Positions 24,101 to 35,300 of a DNA stretch of 64,000 bases are shown here, one piece after another. The DNA is from Acanthaster planci. Its lineage: Eukaryota. The position numbers were made by a program, and so were the translations under genes. Location of the stretch: NCBI RefSeq assembly GCF_001949145.1, contig NW_019091359.1, positions 62,001 to 126,000 on the forward strand, given 5' to 3'. Position 1 is the stretch's first letter. Each line of letters begins with the position of its first letter. The notes under the pieces were generated by a model. That model was not told where the DNA came from. It was given only the letters and a program-made list of their open reading frames with translations, and did not search any database.

Positions 24101-27100
24101 TAACACGCAAAAAAATTATTGTGTCATATTTTGTGGAGGCAGAAAGACATTCCCTGAAAAGAATTCCCAGCATGAATATAAATGAAAACCCTTTCCAAAC
24201 CAACTTGCGGGGGAAGAGGGTTAACATAGCGGTTCCTTCCTCACTTTCCACCAATGTGGCCTGGGTTCGAGTCCCGGCCTGGCCCAAGCTTTAACCCCTT
24301 GACGAAGGGAATTTTTTTTCCGAAAGCCGACTCCAAGAATTCTAGACTTGCTTGGCCACGAAGGCCACCTGCCAAACTGCAAATTCTCCGTTTGTGGCCC
24401 TGCGTGCTCTGCACACTTTGAATCACACAGTGGAAAGGCTCATTGGTGGCATGAGGTTCTGCTCATGCTTCCACATTCCCGTTGCCTCTTTTCAAAGTGG
24501 GGACTATTGTGAAGCTGGTGATTATGATGCGAATTCGGCCTTTTCACTTCTTGGCAACACACAAAGACCAATCACCATATATACAAGAGCCAGGGTATGC
24601 CTTCTTTCACTGTGTTTGCTCGAGCGTGGGCCAAAACCAAGAATAATAGCTGAAAAGCGGGCTGAGGATCTCAATTTTTACGGCAGCTCTTACCGTCATC
24701 CGTCGCGAAGGGGTTAAAACAAAACAACAACAACCAACTAGCAGACTGCTTCCGTTGTTCATAATGGACTACTTTAGACAAAATGAGCATCATTGTTTCA
24801 ATAGTACAAACCTATGTAACATAAATCATACTTATTACTCACTCCTTGTGTTTCAGGCTCTGGTCTCTCGCCAGGTGGTCGCTGTGGAATTTTATCTCTG
24901 GAGGTTAAATTAAAAGAGAAACAACAAGTATACTTTTACAATAAATTATAACACAAAAACTTCAAGGAAAGTCATTTTTTGGCCTTTGAGTTGGTCATAT
25001 GCACTCAGCTATCTTTAATTTACTTTTGACACTTTCAAACATGCTTTTCAAATGCAATTTTGTAACCAAGTAAGATGGGCGTTTCACAATAGTGCACCTC
25101 CAAGAGTTTGCAACACGTTGACCAATCACAATATGTGAAATCCATCAACTTTTCCAAATTCACACTGGGTCAACAGATTTGACACACTGTGAGTGGTCAA
25201 CGCGTTGCAAACTCTTGGGGGCGCACTTCTGTGAATAGCCCGTATTGATTATCCCTTTTTAAATTTGATTATTAGCTTGGCATATTCAGTTCAAAAAGAA
25301 AGTCTGAGCATTTTGATAATTGATGGAACGTCTGATTATTCAAATAGGCACGGCCCAATTTCTCACCTTGGATCTTCTTGTTTTGTGCTTCCTCTGCCAT
25401 ACAAGGGGGTGACGCTCTCTTTACTGATGCCGGCTTTACAAACAGGACACGTTTGCCGATTGGGTCTGGTTTCTAACCACTGATATAGACATGGCCAGCT
25501 TAATAAGACAGAAAGAGGAAAATTGAGCCAACATACATGTACACCCATCTGGAGTAGAGTACCCAATCTTCCCCCACAATGTACCTTGTCGGTGTTCCCT
25601 TCAATCATAATTGAGGCTTTGCATTTGGTTGAGTATTTTCACCTCTAGTGCCAGGAGGATATATCCCTGTTTGCACCAAACAAAAAACATTGGTTTGAAA
25701 CTTCACGATCAAAAATGTTTTTAAAAGATGAAAGTAGATAACTGTGTTTCACTGCCACAGAAACGCATATAATGTAGCTAAGTTTGATGATGTATGTGAA
25801 TCTTTGGAGAGCAGTGGTGGTGGTCTCCAAAGATTGTATAGCGCCGAAGGCGCAAGATGGATAACTCTGCCCAGAAGGTGTAATCACCATGGGCACCGTT
25901 TCAGCAAGCAACACGCCTGCGCAGTTTACGGTAATGCTTGGGCGCAGGCTCACCAGGTGCATGTGCCTGCCACGGCGCCTGCGCCTGTGCATTAATGTGC
26001 ACTGCGCAGGCGTATCACTTGCTGAAATGGCGCCCATGCAATTATAACATTTTACGTGTATTTACGGTGAAGTTTGCCATCCTGNNNNNNNNNNNNNNNN
26101 NNNNNNNNNNNNNNNNNNNNNNNNNNNNNNNNNNNNNNNNNNNNNNNNNNNNNNNNNNNNNNNNNNNNNNNNNNNNNNNNNNNNNNNNNNNNNNNNNNNN
26201 NNNNNNNNNNNNNNNNNNNNNNNNNNNNNNNNNNNNNNNNNNNNNNNNNNNNNNNNNNNNNNNNNNNNNNNNNNNNNNNNNNNNNNNNNNNNNNNNNNNN
26301 NNNNNNNNNNNNNNNNNNNNNNNNNNNNNNNNNNNNNNNNNNNNNNNNNNNNNNNNNNNNNNNNNNNNNNNNNNNNNNNNNNNNNNNNNNNNNNNNNNNN
26401 NNNNNNNNNNNNNNNNNNNNNNNNNNNNNNNNNNNNNNNNNNNNNNNNNNNNNNNNNNNNNNNNNNNNNNNNNNNNNNNNNNNNNNNNNNNNNNNNNNNN
26501 NNNNNNNNNNNNNNNNNNNNNNNNNNNNNNNNNNNNNNNNNNNNNNNNNNNNNNNNNNNNNNNNNNNNNNNNNNNNNNNNNNNNNNNNNNNNNNNNNNNN
26601 NNNNNNNNNNNNNNNNNNNNNNNNNNNNNNNNNNNNNNNNNNNNNNNNNNNNNNNNNNNNNNNNNNNNNNNNNNNNNNNNNNNNNNNNNNNNNNNNNNNN
26701 NNNNNNNNNNNNNNNNNNNNNNNNNNNNNNNNNNNNNNNNNNNNNNNNNNNNNNNNNNNNNNNNNNNNNNNNNNNNNNNNNNNNNNNNNNNNNNNNNNNN
26801 NNNNTAACATTTTACATGTATTCACGGTGAAGTTTGCCATCCTGTGTCGCTTTGCGGCGCTATACGATCTTTGGTGGTGTCGTCATACTGAATGTAGAAG
26901 TTGATGCAAGATGGATACAAATGCAATATTTGCAGTATTCAACCCATGCCAACCCCACATCAACCCCGATATTGATTTTTCAGCATGGAGTGATATTCTC
27001 ACCCGGGGTTTGAAACGGTATTCAATAAGGAACGAGCAGGGTTGAGTTGATAAAGAGTTGAGAACTTAGTAATTTTTTTTTTGCCAAAGTAGCATGCATA

Positions 27101-30100
27101 CTTTTGCCAAGGAGATATTTCGTTGCTTGCTGACACCACACCTGCCATCTTGACTCAAGCATATGCCGAGTTTGACATCCCTTATTTGCCATATAAAACA
27201 GTCAAACAAATGCAACAAATACTTCAACAAGCTCAGAGCATTATCTAAACAAATATTTTGTGTTTTACCCCTAACAGTCCCGAATGCTACAATAAGACAA
27301 AATCATAACCAATTTGAGGAAAATGGTAAGCAATTTTGCATTGCCATTTTATGGGGTAAAGTTTAGGACATTTCTACTGTTTTAACATAACCAATCATCT
27401 TATCCCTTAGGGGCTGTCCAATGTTAGGTTCAACATTTATTTCAATATTGCCCTACAAAGACACATAGATAGTACATTGCTATACTTAAGGACAAGAATG
27501 CACACATTTAAATTCAAAATACATTTAAACAATTAAATTATTACGCAGGACAAATAATATTAAGACTTGAGCACAAAAGCATAGGGCAACATCTAGGTAC
27601 GTGGGTGAAGCTAAAAGCTTTTGTACCCTGACCTGGGATTGACAAGGACAAAGACTATACAAACATTAGATATACAGGAATGAGACAAGATTTAACCTTG
27701 ACTGAATCCATCTGTCGGATGGGTACATTGCATTATAATTTGGTGGCATCACAAATTTCCAAATGTGTATCAAATAGTGTCATTTTCAGTTTCTTGGCAA
27801 ATGCAGGCAGAGTTGGCAATAATTTTAGAACGTCATTCAGTTTATTCCAACTTGAAATGCCACGATTAACTAGACTATTTGTATTTAGGGCTGTTCTACT
27901 GAATTGAACATAGAGATGCTTTCTGGATGCACTTCGAGTATTACAGGAATGAACATTTGATGCTAAGGTGAAACATGCATTAACCCTAACAGTACCAGGC
28001 GTTGTTTGGCTTAGAGTACTCAGTACTACAAAGTACTATGTAACACTCTGAGCCTGAAGGACCTAGTGCTACAAATTACTATTTCTGGCTAGGTTTATTC
28101 CATTGTTACTCTTACAGAGAACAATGAAACCATGCATTCATAGTGCCACAGCACTGTATGGTACATTGTCTTCTCGATTGTATTTTATGGCTTCAGAGAA
28201 TAATAATATCATGTCCTCTTACAAGCGACAGGGCTGAGTACTACATTTTACTACTAAGTAGTACTTTGTAGCATTCGGCACTAGTAAGGTTACAACAAGA
28301 TGGCAATGCATTACTCGTATATTTATACATAAATTTACATAAACAAAATTCGTACAAATCGTTAAAATGTAGAATTTTAAGTTTGGCAAACAATGGAGCA
28401 GTATGACCACAATAATCAGTCTTATCAATGACACATACAGCTCTTTTTTGCAACTGCAGGATTTGTTTAACAATATACAGTACGTAGCCCCACCCCATGT
28501 AATTATTGAATAGTTCAAATACGGAAGAACAAAGGAATTATATAGGGCAAGCAAAATACTGCTTGGTAAATAAAGCTTTAAGCGATTCATTATGCCGATA
28601 TGTTTTTGAAACTTTACTTGCTACATCATTACAGTGGTCCTTCCAATTAAATGCTCATCAATAATAATACCTAAAAATCGAGTGCATTTTGATTGCTTCA
28701 GGTATATACCATGTACAGCAATTGGAATAGTTTGCATATATACCTCATCTGTTTTCCGCAGAATATCATGTAAATTGATTTATGTAAATTAATGCATAGC
28801 GTGTTAGCTAAAAGCCACTTATTTATATTGATAAGCTCTCCAATGATATTTTGAATGGCTGTATCAACATTAGTGTGACTATATAACAAGCTGGTGTCAT
28901 CTGCAAAAAGGCAAAAAGATATAATATCTGATGTATTGCAGATGTCATTGATAAGACAAAACAGCAGGGGACCCAATACTGAACTTTGCAGGACTCCGCA
29001 AGATATAACATAAGCATCCGAGTTAACCGAATTATATGAAACAAACTGTTTTCTATTACTTAAATAACTTTTAAACCAGTTTAGCGCAGTCCCGGGGACA
29101 CCATAATGTTCAGGTTTACAAATCAAAATATTGTGGTTAACAGTATCAAAAACCTTAGATTGATCTAAAAATATCCCAATTGTAAATTTCTTATCGCCTA
29201 TTGCACTTAAAAGTTTACTTACAACATATGAAGTTGCTTGGTCTGTCGAGCGGTTTTCTCAGAAACCAAATTGTGAATCTAACAAGAGTTTATATTTATC
29301 AAAGAAACACACAAGTCGTTTATAAATTAATTTTTCAAACACTTTGGAAAAAGTGGGCAGAACTGAGATAGGTCTACAATTTTCAAGATTGTGTTTACTG
29401 CCATTTTTTTTTTTGGTGTAACTTTACCCACTTTCACAACGTCAGGAAAGATTCCTGATGTTAGTGACTTGTTGAAAATTGCGGCTAACCGAGGCGCCAG
29501 GGAATACCGTGCTTGTCAAATGTGTTTAGGCCGTCCATAAGCCTCATCATTTTTATAAGTGTACCAAAGTACACTTTTCACTACCCCTGCCCCCCCCCAA
29601 AGTGTACGTCAGCGGGCAAAAAATGATGATGGATGAGACCTGATGGATCTGCTGACAGATCATCATTTTTTACATTCAGAAGAGCGTACACAAGGTCTCT
29701 AACCCCCCCCTTCGGTTTGTATGCTCATGAAAATAATGAAAATTATGGACAGTCCCTTACTAGACCAGGTTGGACAATGTCTTCATTACACTCTGATTAA
29801 CATTTGAAACATCAACTCATCCTCCAAAAGCAAAATTGGTTACAATACACCTTGTTTTCCAAACTCCTAGTTGATGAGGGTAGCTGAGTTTCATTTACAT
29901 GTTCCTTGCTTGTATATCCTGCATATACACAAATGCTTGGTTTAGGTCACTGGATGATGGATCACAGATAATACATCATGTAACATGCATGACCATATAG
30001 TTGCCAGGTCCCTAATTTTGCCACCTGTTGTCAAGTCTGATTGGTTTTCACAGTAAGTGGCCAAATAAGGGACCTGGCGACTATACGGTCATGCACGTTA

Positions 30101-31344
30101 TCATACTTCCATGCTCCCACCATAAACCTCAAAATAAACTTCTTGTGTAAAGGCTTACATGTGCGTGGGCAGGCATGACATGCACAGCAACTGCTGGTCT
30201 GGTTAATAGACTAAAAGATACTGACCGTTAATTTTACGATCTTTGACTAGGCAGGGCACCAACATACATGAATTTCAAGTCTTAATACGAGAAGTCTGTC
30301 CAGGATGTTTACGACAGGAACATTGAGCTGTGGTAGTTTTCTCAAACACATTACCCAAGGACACATTTACATATTCTCAACCTACTGTTGGCGAACTTCA
30401 CAAATTTAGAATAGGCCCAGGCCTACATGTATGTCAATAAAATTTCAGGCCCACCTCTGTCACTGTCAGCAATGTGAATAAAACAGTGTTAAAAATTTGC
30501 TAAGGCAGGATGAAATGAAACCCTGGATGTGGGTCACAATGTAATGAAGGTATCATGTGATCTGGACTAATCCCTTACCTGAGGCTGATTTAAATTAACC
30601 CTAACCCCCTAGGCACTTTTACAAGGAACCATCCCGAATCCTCCGAAATCCTTCGATTTTCAACATGCAAAAAATTGCATTCAGTCCAAATCCTCCAATA
30701 TCCTCCAAAAGTTCTTGAAAATGTCAGTTGGAGCTGTGCCTAACTGCCCAAATCCTTCAAAATCCTCCAGCAATTCCTGTCATGTTGAGGCAAGGTGATT
30801 GGCACTCTTGAGCTGTGCAGTTGATTCAACTGAAATATCGGGCTGAACTTGTACTTGACTAAGCACAAACAACATAAGGTGTAATCCATGACCTACACGT
30901 AGTGCATCCTTCGAAATCAGCCATGTACTTTTGCCATACACCCTAAATCCTCCAAATTCCTCCACTTTGCAGAAAAAGATCTTGGAGGATTTGGGAGGAT
31001 TAGGGTTAACCCTAACCTTCCCAAATCCTCCAAGATCAACACCAACATGAATGTACTATTACTAGTATTAGGACACTCACTCACCAAAATAAATGACCAC
31101 ATCGACTGACTACAGCATCCCTGGCTGTATCCAGGCAAATATTGCATTCGAAGAGGCTTTCCTGGGACGCTGACCCATCTTTCTCTGCAGAATCTGCCGC
31201 TGTGGCCCCGGTGGCCCCGCCATTTGCGCTGTCTTTACTCGCCTCGTCTGGAGTGTCCGTTTTCGCGTGCGCATCAGTTCGGCGCTTCAGCCCGTCCGAG
31301 TCCGCATCCATGTTCTCTGGAATATGGGCTTTCACGTCTGGCAT
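21046..31344 (-). CDS. RNF185: RNF185/RNF5-family ER-membrane RING E3 ubiquitin ligase; coding exons 31344-31085, 25498-25367, 24897-24843, 22160-22034, 21143-21046 (~223 aa; alternative ATG at 31311)
   Basis: C3HC4 [99 protein letters not shown]-terminal [25 protein letters not shown]. All introns are GT-AG and exon lengths sum to 672 nt in frame. Confidence 0.95.
22034..22160 (-). CDS. RNF185: RNF185 coding exon 4
   Basis: [35 protein letters not shown]; gtaagt donor. Confidence 0.95.
22856..23211. mobile_element. TA-flanked MITE hosting a nested MITE
   Basis: TA|CGGGGCCCCTGAAGGGACATTC ... GAATGTCCCTTTAGGGGCCCCT|TA. Confidence 0.75.
22992..23154. mobile_element. Tc1/mariner-pogo-type MITE
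   Basis: Perfect 22-bp TIR CAGTCGAACCTTGTTAATAAGA / TCTTATTAACAAGGTTCGACTG with TA TSD. Confidence 0.9.
24209..24285 (+). mobile_element. tRNA-derived SINE head fragment
   Basis: B-box GGTTCGAGTCC preceded by CCACCAATGTGGCCT; no cloverleaf. Confidence 0.55.
24295..24713. mobile_element. TTAA-flanked (piggyBac-type) MITE
   Basis: TTAA|CCCCTTGACGA ... TCGCGAAGGGG|TTAA. Confidence 0.75.
24843..24897 (-). CDS. RNF185: RNF185 coding exon 3
   Basis: [18 protein letters not shown]; ccag acceptor, gtgagt donor. Confidence 0.92.
25076..25244. mobile_element. Hairpin MITE with ~55-bp TIRs (other copies at 38021-38195 and 17688-18009)
   Basis: TTCACAATAGTG..CCAAGAGTTTGCAAC..GTTG.CCA inverted against TGG.CAAC..GTTGCAAACTCTTGG..GCAC.....GTGAA. 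Confidence 0.8.
25367..25498 (-). CDS. RNF185: RNF185 coding exon 2
   Basis: [49 protein letters not shown] borders. Confidence 0.95.
27430..29490 (-). mobile_element. 5'-truncated non-LTR retrotransposon (CR1/L2-group LINE) ORF2 remnant in RNF185 intron 1
   Basis: RT motifs [67 protein letters not shown]-terminal HSCNTRS...WNKL; AATAAA near 27440. Confidence 0.9.
27984..28289. mobile_element. TTAA-type MITE inserted into LINE ORF2
   Basis: TTAA|CCCTAACAGTACC ... GGCACTAGTAAGG|TTAC; removing it restores the LINE frame [19 protein letters not shown]. Confidence 0.7.
29981..30100. mobile_element. 120-bp hairpin MITE
   Basis: ~44-bp imperfect inverted arms TAACATGCATGACCATATAGTTGCCAGGTCCCT / AGGGACCTGGCGACTATACGGTCATGCACGTTA. 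Confidence 0.8.
30599..31005. mobile_element. TTAA-flanked MITE family B (CCCTAACC...TTAGGG); other copies ~38337-38751 (inverted), 41175-41556, 43320-43505 (partial), 58989-59373
   Basis: TTAA flanks, shared AATCCTCCAA/AATCCTTCAAAATCCTCC internal motifs and a GCCATACACTTTTGCCATT-like core. Confidence 0.8.
31085..31344 (-). CDS. RNF185: RNF185 coding exon 1 (N-terminus, first half of RING)
   Basis: MPDVK...[22 protein letters not shown]; donor TG|GTGAGT at 31084. Confidence 0.93.
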
Positions 31345-31635
31345 GATCCGGATGATTTTCCTCAAGTTTCAGTTCGTCCAGCAGATAAAGAAAAAGTGTA
31401 TTCGATCGTTGGTAACTCCACGTTGATTTTAAAGACAATCAAAAGTCATCAAGTACGAGATCAATGGAGAAATTTCTGGGTGAAAATTCTGTCTTCGGTT
31501 CATGGCTTGTCTAAGCACCGATATTGGTTGCGACGACTAGGTACGGTCAGTGCTCGTTCTGTGGTCGTGTCCCTCGAATTTTTGCCTTCACTGTTGTATT
31601 GCCGAGTTGGGAACCAGTCGATAGTGATAGCCATG

Positions 31636-31732
31636 TCATGTACATGTACATGTACAGTGAACGTGTACACATACATGTACATGTACGTGTACTGCACATA
31701 TACAGTACATGTACATTGTACACTGTACACGT
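31636..31732. repeat. (TACATG)n-like low-complexity repeat upstream of RNF185
   Basis: TGTACATGTACATGTACAG...TACATGTACATGTACG...TACATGTACATTGTACAC. Confidence 0.8.
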
Positions 31733-34700
31733 AACACTAGCGACAGTAGCGTGATGTTACCACACTCTGCAGCATGCGTGGTACCATATGGGCGGACCTC
31801 TACCAAATATAATGGGGGCAAGCTTGGAGTGTTTCCCTGAAATGTTCAATGTAAATGAAGCCATTTTTTATAAATTCATATAACGGGATAAAATGAGACA
31901 GGTGTTTGGTTACAACGTATACAGTCATGACAGTGGAAAATAAGATTTAAAATGAAAGTGTCCATGAGAACTATAATTCATGAATCCATGGTTTTAATAA
32001 TTAATCAGGTTTTTAAAAATAATTGATCAGTTTTAACTAAAATATTAAAATATTTTAAGGAAATAAGAACGGTCAGCCAATTGGCCAATTGTTTGATTAC
32101 CCTCAAGTTGAGAGCACTCTCGGCAGAACAATAATGATAATGGTCCCTCGTCAATGACTTCGTGCAGAACCCGAGAGGGCGCACTGTGAATGGTCGTCTA
32201 CGGACCATGCTTCACTATGATATCTATGGGTGCACCACTACAAATAAATTTCCNNNNNNNNNNNNNNNNNNNNNNNNNNNNNNNNNNNNNNNNNNNNNNN
32301 NNNNNNNNNNNNNNNNNNNNNNNNNNNNNNNNNNNNNNNNNNNNNNNNNNNNNNNNNNNNNNNNNNNNNNNNNNNNNNNNNNNNNNNNNNNNNNNNNNNN
32401 NNNNNNNNNNNNNNNNNNNNNNNNNNNNNNNNNNNNNNNNNNNNNNNNNNNNNNNNNNNNNNNNNNNNNNNNNNNNNNNNNNNNNNNNNNNNNNNNNNNN
32501 NNNNNNNNNNNNNNNNNNNNNNNNNNNNNNNNNNNNNNNNNNNNNNNNNNNNNNNNNNNNNNNNNNNNNNNNNNNNNNNNNNNNNNNNNNNNNNNNNNNN
32601 NNNNNNNNNNNNNNNNNNNNNNNNNNNNNNNNNNNNNNNNNNNNNNNNNNNNNNNNNNNNNNNNNNNNNNNNNNNNNNNNNNNNNNNNNNNNNNNNNNNN
32701 NNNNNNNNNNNNCAAAACAAAATCACCCCCCAAAAAGTGATTTTTCCGAAGTCCGATTGCAGCCATTTTTTAAATGGCAACCCTCAACTTTCTCGGGCAC
32801 TTAGGACCATTTTTCAACCATAGTTTTCAGCCCTTCTGCCCTCATATGAAAGCTCAAAGATCCTCTAGCTCTCCGCCAGTGACGCACCAGAATCTTGCCT
32901 CGTTCCGAAAATCTCAGAAATTTATCGAACCCATTTGATTGATTGTCGGGTGCAGTGTTGGAAATTGGGGGATGGGGGTGGGGAAGGGGGAGGGGATAAC
33001 TTGCCTGGCCATGAAAATGGGGGGGGGTGGAGAGTATATCCCCCGCCCCATTTTTGGGGGGGGAGTGGCTATTGAATCACTGCCCCCACCCACTTTTTTG
33101 TGATGAGCAAAAAAATTACAGCGGATTGTGAAGAATTTTCAGGATTTTCAGGCAGGCACTAATGAAAGTAAATGAACTTGTGTATGGGAGAAATATGGAA
33201 GGGTTGCGTAGCACCGTGATCAGAATATCGACAAGAATGTAATATCAAATCAGTGCTTAATCTGCTTGCCCTGAACTTAGGTTCTCAGTTACCGAAAGCT
33301 TGGCAATCACATATTTCAGAACACTGATTTGATGTTATATTCTTGTCGATGAACTTGTGTATGGGTTGTGTTCATAAAAAAACTCGTGAGGAGGCAACAT
33401 CGTATCGCTTTTGCAATGGGAACGGAAAAAGCCACTTAATTACGGCCATTAAGGGGCCATTATAATGTTTTGAAAATCTGCCGAGCAATAATGGGCAACC
33501 CGCGCCCCGGCAACCATGGGTGTTGCGAACTTCTCTGAAGGCTGAACGGAATTTAAACCGGAAATTCACGAAGTTAAGACGTTGGACTTTCCAGAAATTG
33601 GTGGAAAGGGATTTTAATACTTCATTGTGAAAAAAAATTGGTAATTTTGGGTCTTCATAAGATTTACGGAAGTGCAATGCTTGAGACTGCATAGAAGAAA
33701 TTATCCTTCAGCCATTTGCCGCTCAGACGAAAACTGAACATAATTGTACAGTCGTGAGTATGTGTATTAAATTTGATGTCTGTACTGGGAAAATGCACAT
33801 CTTGTAAAAACTGCGTATTTATGCTTTGTGCAACCCGTGCCTGCCAGGCACGCACCATCTCACAGTTCTTATATTGTTGGAGGAAAACGCCTATTTCAAG
33901 TGTAATGTGTTCTTATAAAGGGTTTTTGAAACTTGAATCTGACTGTTTGGGCCACGAAACGTTCAAAATATTTCCTTCCCTGAATATCAGAGGGGAAATT
34001 TAGCTAAAGTGGTGGTGGGGGAGGGTTAGACAAATAAAGCACAATTATAAAAAACTTCCCATATATGTGCTTGAATCCCAATATGCCTAAATACAAAAAT
34101 TGAAAATGGTGCATTCATACATTATTAATATTCTTGTGGGCTGTAACCTGGTGATTAACAAATCATGCCATGTACGAATGGAAAAGCTGTTTAATTCAAA
34201 ACTAGCGTCAATTCGTCAAGGGTGATGCTCAACTTGAAGTACAAGGATGCGGAGGGGAGGGCAAAACGGGGTCTATTCCACCAGAGAAAAAGGACACTTA
34301 AATGGTTTTCTAAAAGCAGAGAAAACCGTAGTTCGTGGATTGTTGAACCATGACTTTTCAAGGTGTGTACAAGCCCCTACTTTTAGCCTCGCCCCTAAGA
34401 AAGGCAAAAGAGATTAGCCTACATAAAGTTCCCAAATTGTTGCCCTTCTCTCCAAACAATTTGCCCTGCCCCAAAAAAATTGAGCGGAAGTCTGGATCTG
34501 CCTTTGCATTGTACGATCGTCGCCGTTTCTAAATGCATTCTTGAAGATTGATGGCATGAAGGTTCGAATTCTTTAATCACTTGTGGATTATTTGAAATTC
34601 CATAACAAAGTGCATCGACTTTCAATGCAAGGCCTTAGTTTTTGAAGCGTCTTGGAAACGTGAAGGTCTCGAGGAGGGTTCGGCGCTTGCCCCTTTAAAA

Positions 34701-34789
34701 GTGACGACAGTTGTGCGAGCTCATCCCTGCCTCCACGCCTGTAAATTAGTAATAATCAATTTACGAGAACCAGACTGACGAGGCAAAAA

Positions 34790-35300
34790 GGGTTAAAGGT
34801 CAAGCCTGTGGTAACTTGTTTACATCCGGGCACTTACGATTGTGCGTGATAAGTTTGATTTAGACTGGCGAACTGTTGTCGTTTTAAGCCCTCTGAATTC
34901 CGTCAGAATGTCGTGTGCCTTGCATATTTAAACGTCTGTTACCCCCACGCTCTGCTCTTGCGATAATTCTGTTTCAGATTTTCAGCATTTGTCCACCGTT
35001 AGTGTTTCACAAGAGCGGCAAAGGGGGAAGCAATACAAGTGAAAGTTGACCAGCTTCACGCGACGTGGCAGGGAACGGCTCCTGACTGTGTGTGTTAATT
35101 GTGCGTGCATTCGCCGCAACGAAGTGTCCCCAAGAAACAGTGGTAGGCCTAATTCACTTGAGCGCTCTTTGTTTGTAACGGAATTCCTGACATTGTAACA
35201 CCCAGGATTAAGATATCAAGAGAATAGACAGTCTTCGCTTTCCAGCTCGCCTGCAATTAGGGATTATGAATCCATGCACGCCGTTATTTGTGAGAGGTCA
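34790..35300 (+). promoter_or_regulatory. Putative EIF4ENIF1 promoter / non-coding first exon
   Basis: Locally CpG-richer, repeat-free segment; ETS-like ACATCCGG at 34822; donor-like GTAGGC (35143) and GTCAGT (35297). Inference only. Confidence 0.3.

Noticed and set aside
24209..24285. tRNA genes (also at 45930-46000)
   Set aside because: Only a B-box is present, with no cloverleaf; the 45930 copy continues into SINE core sequence.
30595..31015. Telomeric TTAGGG/CCCTAA seeds
   Set aside because: They are the termini of MITE family B, not tandem telomere arrays.
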